DNA of 64,000 nucleotides from positions 160,001 through 224,000 of the forward strand of contig JBFXJJ010000002.1 in the NCBI GenBank assembly GCA_050175015.1. The letters run 5' to 3'. The notes beneath the pieces were generated by a model. That model searched no databases. It was given only the letters and a program-made list of their open reading frames with translations, and was not told the DNA's origin. A program made the position numbers and the translations under genes. Each line of letters starts with the position of its first letter. Positions within the stretch are counted from its first letter, which is position 1. This document shows positions 57,192 to 64,000 of this stretch, in pieces. Source of the DNA: Alphaproteobacteria bacterium. Its GTDB lineage: Bacteria > Pseudomonadota > Alphaproteobacteria > JBFXJJ01.

Positions 57192-57686
57192 ACAACTTTT
57201 GATCTTTCACCATTACATCGTTTTACTGTAGGTTTTGATAATATTGATAGTCTTTTTGAATCTTTATCAAGACTAGATGAGACATCTACATCTTATCCAC
57301 CTTATAATATTGAAAAACTTTCTGAAGATAGATACGGCATAACTTTAGCCGTCGCAGGATTTGATGAAGATGAACTTGAAATAACGGCTAAAGAAAATTC
57401 TCTCTACATTTCTGGAAGAAAGAATGAAAACAAAAACGAAGATTCCTTCCTTTATAAAGGAATTGCAACCAGAGCCTTTGAAAGGACTTTCGAACTTGCT
57501 AACCATATTAGAGTTGAAGGAGCAAAACTCGACAAGGGATTACTTACGATTGAACTTGTAAAAGAGATTCCCGAATCGATGAAACCTAGAAAAATTTCCA
57601 TTTCTGATATAGGTAAAAAAGTTATCGAAAATCAATCAAAGGAAAAAAGCGAAAAAAAGGGAGAAAATGGAAAAGAAGCCGCTTAA
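57189..57686 (+). CDS. ibpA: Small heat shock protein (Hsp20)
   Basis: DLSPL.RFTVGFD, YPPYNIEK, LAVAGF, YKGIA.RAFER.F.LA, GLL.I.L..EIPE..KPRKI.I. Confidence 0.93.
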   Translation: MTTFDLSPLHRFTVGFDNIDSLFESLSRLDETSTSYPPYNIEKLSEDRYGITLAVAGFDEDELEITAKENSLYISGRKNENKNEDSFLYKGIATRAFERTFELANHIRVEGAKLDKGLLTIELVKEIPESMKPRKISISDIGKKVIENQSKEKSEKKGENGKEAA

Positions 57687-57731
57687 TAAACTTTTTTTCC
57701 AATTTATTCACAAAACTTAACGTTATTCGAT

Positions 57732-57761
57732 AAGTCGGGGTTTCTAGCCCCGACTTTTTTT
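57732..57761 (+). terminator. Intrinsic terminator
   Basis: AAGTCGGGG...CCCCGACTTTTTTT. Confidence 0.85.
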
Positions 57762-57837
57762 ACCAATTATTAATTTTTATGGAACACCATATTAAAAAGA
57801 TACTTCTTAAAAATTATTTTTTTTAAGGAGTAGTCTC

Positions 57838-58677
57838 ATGGTCGGAGTAAGTTCTCGTTTAGTAGCAAGCCAGACAAAGTCATCAACTGTATGGGAAAAA
57901 AACGTTCAAGATGTAAATAGTTCTAAAGATAATTATCTTCAGGCTAGAGACATCGGAATGGCACGCCTTAATTTTAATCGCCTTAATCTTGTTGCTGAAG
58001 TTTCTAAGAACGACAGCGTTGATTATTACAAATTCAATGCCATATCTAGGGGCAATATGAGAATTACGGTACGTGAAGCCAGTAGTTCCGAAACCGCTGA
58101 TGCCACTAATGTTACCAAAACTGATAATTCTGAAAAAACTATTGAAGACCAAAAGAAAGAATTAGAAGACCTTGTTGACAGTTTAAAAGTAAAGAATGTC
58201 AGAGTCCAAGTTATGACTGTTAATAGAGGCAAAGAAACAGTTGTTGCCGATAGCGCAGGTGAAGAGGGCTCTACCGAATTAGAAAATTTTGAATCATTAT
58301 CTTTAGGCGAATATCGAGTAAAAAATCCTGATATGTACTATCTAAAAATATCAAGGATAGACGAGACTAAAACCAGCGAGTCTTACCCTTATGCTGTACA
58401 AATTCAGATTGGCGATACTCATAAATATGATTATGTAAGTATTGAGAAAAAAGCATCTGAAAGCATAGACAGTTCAACAACATCTACAACATCAAAAACC
58501 AGCAGCACTAAAAGCACAAGCTCATTAAGCACCCAAGCACAGCTAGCTTTAGATAATGCCTTACAATCAACTTCTGCCAAATTTAAGTCATCTCAACTTG
58601 CAGTAAACTTATTAAAAAACAGTAGTTATTGGAATAGTTCATCAAGTCAAAAGTCAAAAGTAAGCTTTTGGAGTTAA
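57838..58677 (+). CDS. Hypothetical protein with PPC-like beta domain and Ser/Thr-rich tail (paralog 1)
   Basis: ARDIG.ARL..NRLN..AE.S.NDSVDYYKF shared with the next gene; AAGGAG RBS. Confidence 0.75.
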   Translation: MVGVSSRLVASQTKSSTVWEKNVQDVNSSKDNYLQARDIGMARLNFNRLNLVAEVSKNDSVDYYKFNAISRGNMRITVREASSSETADATNVTKTDNSEKTIEDQKKELEDLVDSLKVKNVRVQVMTVNRGKETVVADSAGEEGSTELENFESLSLGEYRVKNPDMYYLKISRIDETKTSESYPYAVQIQIGDTHKYDYVSIEKKASESIDSSTTSTTSKTSSTKSTSSLSTQAQLALDNALQSTSAKFKSSQLAVNLLKNSSYWNSSSSQKSKVSFWS

Positions 58678-58821
58678 CTAAAAACATTGAAAAAGCCAGC
58701 TTTTATTAATTTTTAACTTTTTAAATGCTATAATTTAATAAAACAGCTTCACGATAAACAGTAAAAATGGTATTATGTTTATTAGAAGTAGAAAGATGAA
58801 AAAACTAGGAGGGATTCTATT

Positions 58822-59754
58822 ATGTCCAGTGTTTCTTCAACCACAGAAGTAGGTCCATCAGCTTGGGAAGCTAGAAGTGCTCCTAAACTATGGGAAAAGA
58901 GCGTTACTGATGTTAGTGACGCCAAAGAAAGTTATTCCGAAGCTCGTGATATTGGCACCGCAAGGCTTGATTATAACCGTCTTAACGTTATTGCGGAACT
59001 GTCTGAAAATGACTCGGTTGACTATTATAAATTCTCAACATCTTCCAGAGGCAACTTAAGAATTTCGTTAAGAGACTCTGATGCAGAAGATGAAGAAGAT
59101 CCTTTAGATATTGATGTTAATGATTATCTTAAAGCCGCAGGAATCGAAGTTGAAGAAGATTCAACAGATGAGACTTTAAGTGATCTTGAAGAAATTATTG
59201 ATGACTTAACAGCTAAAAATATCAAACTTCAACTCTATACCGTAAAAAATGGCAAAGAGACTCTAGTTGCTGACAGCACTGCCGACGAAGATTCTGATGA
59301 ATACGCAGCTTTTGAAGCTTTATCTGAAGGTGAATACCGTATTGATAGTACTGAAACTTTCTACGTAAAAATTTCAAGAATCGATGAAAGTGAAGACAGT
59401 GATGCTTATCAATATGCTCTCCAAGTTCAACTTGGAACAGAATACGATAGCAACCTTCTGACAACAGAAAAAGAAGCCGATGAAAGCACCGATTATGAAG
59501 GAAAAGCCGGAGCTTATATTAGTTCTGAAGGTCAAGCTGCTGTAGATGCTCTTTCTACCTACGGCGTATATAATCTTTCAGAAGAGGCTGAAACTGCTTT
59601 GAGTACAGCTATATCAAATGGCTACACATCAACTTATGTTGCTGGACAATCTGCTGTAACAATTTTAAATTCAGCCAGCTCATCATCAAGTAGTTCAGCT
59701 GTTTCCATCTTACAAGATGGATCAAGTTCATCAACTATTGACTTATTTAGTTAA
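58822..59754 (+). CDS. Acidic hypothetical protein with PPC-like beta domain (paralog 2)
   Basis: Same core as 57838-58677; Asp/Glu/Ser-rich; AGGAGG RBS. Confidence 0.75.
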   Translation: MSSVSSTTEVGPSAWEARSAPKLWEKSVTDVSDAKESYSEARDIGTARLDYNRLNVIAELSENDSVDYYKFSTSSRGNLRISLRDSDAEDEEDPLDIDVNDYLKAAGIEVEEDSTDETLSDLEEIIDDLTAKNIKLQLYTVKNGKETLVADSTADEDSDEYAAFEALSEGEYRIDSTETFYVKISRIDESEDSDAYQYALQVQLGTEYDSNLLTTEKEADESTDYEGKAGAYISSEGQAAVDALSTYGVYNLSEEAETALSTAISNGYTSTYVAGQSAVTILNSASSSSSSSAVSILQDGSSSSTIDLFS

Positions 59755-59772
59755 CTACAAGAAATAAACCAT

Positions 59773-59804
59773 AAAAAAAGAGCCGTTATCCGGCTCTTTT
59801 TTTT
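59773..59804. terminator. Bidirectional terminator
   Basis: AAAAAAAGAGCCG-TTATC-CGGCTCTTTTTTTT. Confidence 0.85.
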
Positions 59805-59911
59805 GGCTGTTATTTTTTAATTCTAAAGCCAGTTGTCTCTAAACTCATTATTTTTCTATAATTATAGCTGATAAAAAACAAAAACATTCGTCAAAAAATG
59901 TTTTTCTGTTT

Positions 59912-61237
59912 TTACTTGTCCGCATCTTTCAGAAACAACAAATCTCTATCTTTTCTAACCTCTCTTATATCGGTATCTATAATAGGAATTTCATCTATTT
60001 CCTGCGAACTTCCTTCTATTTCCAAATCAACAAATTTCCTAGCCTGAGGCATAACATTAGCCTCTAAACTCCCAACAAAAGCATTATATTTTTTTACCGT
60101 TTTATCAATCTCGCTTCCAATTCCAGCAATATGATTGCCCATAATACTAAGCCTTTTATAAAGATCTTTGCCCAAACTCGCCACTTTTAAAGCATTTTCA
60201 GCTACCTTTTCTTGACGCCAACCAAAAGCAATCGCTTTAGCAAGTGCTATCAGTGTTGTTGGCGTAACTATTAAAACTTTTGCACTTATCGCTTCTTCCA
60301 AAAGATTAGGATCTTTTTCTAAAGCTGCCGCAAAGAAGTTTTCACCAGGAATAAACATTGCAACAAATTCTGGAGTAACTGTTAGTCCGTCCCAATAAGC
60401 CTTTGATGATAATTGCTTTACATGCATTCTAATTTGAGATGCGTGCTGTCTTAAATAGTCATCAACATCTTTATCTGTTTCAGCTTCCATTGCGTCCATA
60501 TAAGCCGATAAAGATGTTTTGGCATCAACAACAATATGCCTGCCGCCAGGTAGATTTATTATGACATCGGGGCGCAGTTTTTTATCGTCACGATCAAAAC
60601 TTTCTTCAACCCTAAAATCGCAATATTGCGACATTCCTGACATTTCCATAACATTTTTTAACGTCTCTTCACCCCATCGTCCTCTGGTCTTAGGAGCGGA
60701 ACGCAGAGCATTAACCAATTTAGCAGTCTCATTCTTAACTTCTTTTTGGGTATTAATCACGTTCTGCAATTCCGAAGATAAAGAACCATAAGCTTTTTGA
60801 CGCTCTTTTTCCATATCATCAACACTCTTGCGGTATTCTGATAAAATATCGAATGCGGGTTTAAGCATACTTTCTATCGCCTGTTTTCTATTGTCTAAAT
60901 CACTATCCGCATTTTTTTTGTGTTTAGATAAAATTTCATTCGCCAATTCGATAAATTTGCCCTGATTATCAAGAAGTGCTTTATCGGCAATAGTCTGAAG
61001 TTTAGCCTCAATTTCTTCTTTTATCTTTAGAAGAGCCTCTGTTTTTTCTTGATAGTATTTTTCCTGTTCTCCAGCTTTAGCCTTAATTTCAGCAAGCTCA
61101 GATGTCAAACTGATAATTTTATTCACAAGTCTTTCAACCTCTTGTTTGTTTTCGGGATCTTTCTTACTTGACCTAGCAAGCCAGCCAATTACAAACCCAG
61201 CAAACAACAAAACAACATCTAAAAAATAATCCATCAA
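59912..61237 (-). CDS. rmuC: DNA recombination protein RmuC
   Basis: RGRWGE..L, RPD.II.LP, VDAK, LSSK.YW, MFIPGE, TPTTLIAL. Confidence 0.95.
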   Translation of the reverse strand: MMDYFLDVVLLFAGFVIGWLARSSKKDPENKQEVERLVNKIISLTSELAEIKAKAGEQEKYYQEKTEALLKIKEEIEAKLQTIADKALLDNQGKFIELANEILSKHKKNADSDLDNRKQAIESMLKPAFDILSEYRKSVDDMEKERQKAYGSLSSELQNVINTQKEVKNETAKLVNALRSAPKTRGRWGEETLKNVMEMSGMSQYCDFRVEESFDRDDKKLRPDVIINLPGGRHIVVDAKTSLSAYMDAMEAETDKDVDDYLRQHASQIRMHVKQLSSKAYWDGLTVTPEFVAMFIPGENFFAAALEKDPNLLEEAISAKVLIVTPTTLIALAKAIAFGWRQEKVAENALKVASLGKDLYKRLSIMGNHIAGIGSEIDKTVKKYNAFVGSLEANVMPQARKFVDLEIEGSSQEIDEIPIIDTDIREVRKDRDLLFLKDADK

Positions 61238-61437
61238 TTTAAAAACCTAAAAAATAACTATTGTTAACAAAAAAATAAATTATATAATTGACTTAATAAT
61301 AATCAAAACTATTTTTAGTTATTGTTTTGAGCAATAAACTCCCGAAAAAATGGTTCTTCGGGATTGTGTTAGAAGTCTTCTAACGCAAAGCTTTTTTTGT
61401 TGCTTAAAAAACATTTATTTTTGAAAGGATATAAAAT

Positions 61438-61962
61438 ATGGCTTTACCTTTAATGCCCAAAGCAACAGCAGTATGGTTGGTTGAAAATACCGCTCTTACG
61501 TTTTCTCAGATTGCTGAATTCTGCGGACTTCATGAATTAGAAATTCAAGCTATTGCTGATGGCGAAACTGCTATTGGCATCATTGGTCAAGATCCTATTA
61601 AAACAGGACAACTTACACCAGAAGAAATTGCCCGCTGTGAAAAAAATCAAGACTCTTCTTTAGTTCTTTTAGAAAAAGAAGCTGCCAAACTTAAAACCAA
61701 AAATGCAAAATATACATCAGTTGCCAAACGTCAAGATCGCCCAGATGCGATTGCTTGGATATTAAAACATCACCCTGAAATACCTAATGCTCAAATTAGA
61801 AAACTTTTGGGAACAACCAATCAAACTATAGATTCTATTAAAAACAAAACTCACAAAAAAATTGCAGTTATAAAACCTATTAACCCTGTAACTCTTGGGT
61901 TATGCACAGAGGCTGACTTGGAAAAAGAAATTATCGTAGCCAATGCCCGTGCTAAAAAATAA
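61438..61962 (+). CDS. trcR: DUF1013 family / cell-cycle transcription regulator TrcR
   Basis: PLMPKATAVWLVENTALTF.QIA.FCGLH.LE, KRQDRPDAI.W. Confidence 0.9.
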   Translation: MALPLMPKATAVWLVENTALTFSQIAEFCGLHELEIQAIADGETAIGIIGQDPIKTGQLTPEEIARCEKNQDSSLVLLEKEAAKLKTKNAKYTSVAKRQDRPDAIAWILKHHPEIPNAQIRKLLGTTNQTIDSIKNKTHKKIAVIKPINPVTLGLCTEADLEKEIIVANARAKK

Positions 61963-61982
61963 TTGTTAATATAAAAAAATAT

Positions 61983-62013
61983 AAAAAACCTGCTTTTAAA
62001 AGCAGGTTTTTTT
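61983..62013 (+). terminator. Intrinsic terminator
   Basis: AAAAAACCTGCTTT-TA-AAAGCAGGTTTTTTT. Confidence 0.85.
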
Positions 62014-62162
62014 GTGCCCATACAACTAAAACAATAACAATTAACAGTAATAACACTTAATTTTTATAAAAATAAAAACATCGCTTCGAAAACTAATAAA
62101 TTTATCGCTTTAGTAATTAGAATAGATTAGGGATATATCTGCAAATATTAAGATGTTTCTTT

Positions 62163-62197
62163 AAAAAAAAGCGGCTTAATTATAAAGCCGCTTTTTT
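62163..62197 (-). terminator. Intrinsic terminator
   Basis: AAAAAAAAGCGGCTT...AAGCCGCTTTTTT. Confidence 0.8.
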
Positions 62198-62218
62198 GTC
62201 TCTGCAAAAAACTAAAAA

Positions 62219-62392
62219 CTAATTAACCTCTTCGTCTGAAGACATTTCTTCTTTAATTTTTAACTTCTGTCTTTTTAGCTTACTTAAAACGGCATTATCT
62301 GGAAGAGGACGTGAGTTCTCTTCTTCAATAGCGGCTTCTAGAGCTGCATGTTTTGCTTCTAACGCTTTAAGATGTTGCTCTTCAATAGTCAT
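62219..62392 (-). CDS. DUF465/YdcH family protein, 57 aa (below ORF-track cutoff)
   Basis: MTIEEQHLKALEAKHAALEAAIEEENSRPLPDNAVLSKLKRQKLKIKEEMSSDEEVN; GGAGG RBS. Confidence 0.88.
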   Translation of the reverse strand: MTIEEQHLKALEAKHAALEAAIEEENSRPLPDNAVLSKLKRQKLKIKEEMSSDEEVN

Positions 62393-62479
62393 TAACTAAA
62401 CCTCCAAAACAAAAAATATCAGATACGATTTCATTATAATATTTATTTGTTTTTTTTTCTAGTATTGTTAAGAAATATT

Positions 62480-63598
62480 TTACAAATCCTCTTTGAATTT
62501 GATGCCTTCACCAACATACATACCAAGACCTACAGCGGTCTTAAGAATAGCATTAGTTTCAGGTTCAATATTCATTGCACCTCTGGCGACCACATCAGAA
62601 AGAGGGAATTCTGTTACGCGGCTGTTGCGCCAGCCAACCATACAGTCACTCTTGCCCTTAGATAAAACATCAACAGCGTGAACACCAAAAGCTGAAGCCG
62701 TAATTCTATCAAAAGCTGAAGGAATACCTCCTCTTTGAACGTGTCCCAAAACTGTAACACGACATTGGAGTTCAGGCTCCATCTCTTTTAATTTTTCACT
62801 TAAATAGTGACCGATACCACCATAACGAATATCGCTTTCACCGTGAGCAACAGAAACACTTTCGCCGCATCTTGTTTTAACACCTTCTGCGATAACAGCC
62901 AGTGCGTGTTTGCGACCTTGATTGCGAACATTTTTCAGCTTTTTAATAATGCCTTCTAAAGTATAAGAAACCTCAGGAATAATGCAAACATCAGCTCCAC
63001 CAGCAATAGCTGAATGAAGAGCAATATGCCCAGCATCACGTCCCATAACCTCAAGAATCATTACACGGCTATGACTAGCTGCGGTAGCATGAAGCCTGTC
63101 AAGAGCATCGACACAAACATCACGAGCAGTTGCAAAACCAACAGAATGCTCGGTAAGAGGTGCATCATTATCGATTGTTTTAGGAATACCAACCATAGGA
63201 ACATTAGCACCATGACACAGACGGCTAACAATGCTCATACTGCCATCACCACCAATAACAACAATGGCATCAAGCTCTAATTCCTTAACACCAGCAGCAA
63301 AATCTGCGGTTAAATCACGATATGAACCATCTGGCATTTTACGATTAAACGGGTCGCCGCTGTTAATTGTTCCAAGCATAGTTCCGCCTGTACGGATTAA
63401 TGGCCCAGAAAAATCTTCAATTTCTAGTTTCCGGTATCTTAAAGGTCTGCTAGTTAATCCTTCGGTGCCGTCTAAAATTCCATAAACTTCCCATTTATAC
63501 GTCCAAATTGCTCTATGAGCCACAGCGCGGATAACGGCATTAAGCCCTGCACAGTCACCGCCACTGGTTAAAACGCCTATTCTCTTTATTTGTTTCAT
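62480..63598 (-). CDS. pfkA: ATP-dependent 6-phosphofructokinase (group III-like)
   Basis: LTSGGDCAGLNA, IGGDGS, PKTIDND, EVMGR.AG, LGHVQRGG. Confidence 0.93.
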   Translation of the reverse strand: MKQIKRIGVLTSGGDCAGLNAVIRAVAHRAIWTYKWEVYGILDGTEGLTSRPLRYRKLEIEDFSGPLIRTGGTMLGTINSGDPFNRKMPDGSYRDLTADFAAGVKELELDAIVVIGGDGSMSIVSRLCHGANVPMVGIPKTIDNDAPLTEHSVGFATARDVCVDALDRLHATAASHSRVMILEVMGRDAGHIALHSAIAGGADVCIIPEVSYTLEGIIKKLKNVRNQGRKHALAVIAEGVKTRCGESVSVAHGESDIRYGGIGHYLSEKLKEMEPELQCRVTVLGHVQRGGIPSAFDRITASAFGVHAVDVLSKGKSDCMVGWRNSRVTEFPLSDVVARGAMNIEPETNAILKTAVGLGMYVGEGIKFKEDL

Positions 63599-63769
63599 TT
63601 GTTAGTTCTCCTAAAAAACAGACCTAAATTTAATATTATAAGATATCCTTCTTATATATCTTGAATTAACATTAAAAAAATCTTAATGCGTATTTATTCA
63701 TTCTCTTTTTATAAAATTTATATTAGAATAAAAAGACTTTTTTAAAGATTTTTTTTTAATGGGCAAAAA

Positions 63770-63976
63770 ATGACGGCTAAAAATAAAGAAGAAACCTCTA
63801 AACTCTTGGTTGAACTGAAGACCGAACATCGTGATCTTGACGATATTATCAACAATTTAGTACGTGAGCCTTCATTTGATCAAATTCAACTTCACCGTCT
63901 AAAAAAAAGAAAACTTTTTATCAAAGATCAAATTTCCAAGATAGAGAACAATATGTTGCCAGACATAATTGCTTAA
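63770..63976 (+). CDS. DUF465/YdcH family protein
   Basis: EHRDLD..I, D..QL.RLKKRKL..KDQI......PDIIA. Confidence 0.9.
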   Translation: MTAKNKEETSKLLVELKTEHRDLDDIINNLVREPSFDQIQLHRLKKRKLFIKDQISKIENNMLPDIIA

Positions 63977-64000
63977 ATGATTCCATTTTTTATCATCTTA

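Noticed and set aside
57775-57800. Sigma54 promoter upstream of the PPC-like paralogs
   Set aside because: TGGAAC is present but there is no TTGC -12 element at the required spacing.

Overview
Low-GC alphaproteobacterial chromosome segment, Rhodospirillales-like in gene content (class I lysS, lptCAB-rpoN-hpf-ptsN, trcR/DUF1013, groESL, metE with a cobalamin riboswitch, tRNA-Leu). The main signal is a compact ~12 kb minus-strand block (3471-15454) of intact T7/podovirus-type genes: portal, scaffold, capsid, tail tubes A/B, internal virion protein, tail fibre, lysozyme, 3TM holin and terminase. I see no integrase, replication genes, phage RNA polymerase or att sites. A regulatory module lies upstream (15495-17581): a divergent LexA/S24-type repressor, a 16-bp operator-like repeat present three times at exact 37-bp spacing and once more at the structural promoter, a perfect alphaproteobacterial SOS box in front of a small conserved ORF, and a terminator inside the leader of the structural operon. 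This logic resembles the Caulobacter RogA/GafYZ control of a gene transfer agent, but on a T7-like chassis. I propose it as a candidate domesticated podovirus-derived GTA; that is inference and a decayed prophage is not excluded. The two genes at its distal end (SleB-like hydrolase, PyrD homolog) are intact but lack their catalytic motifs. All product calls come from motif recognition by eye; no database searches were run.
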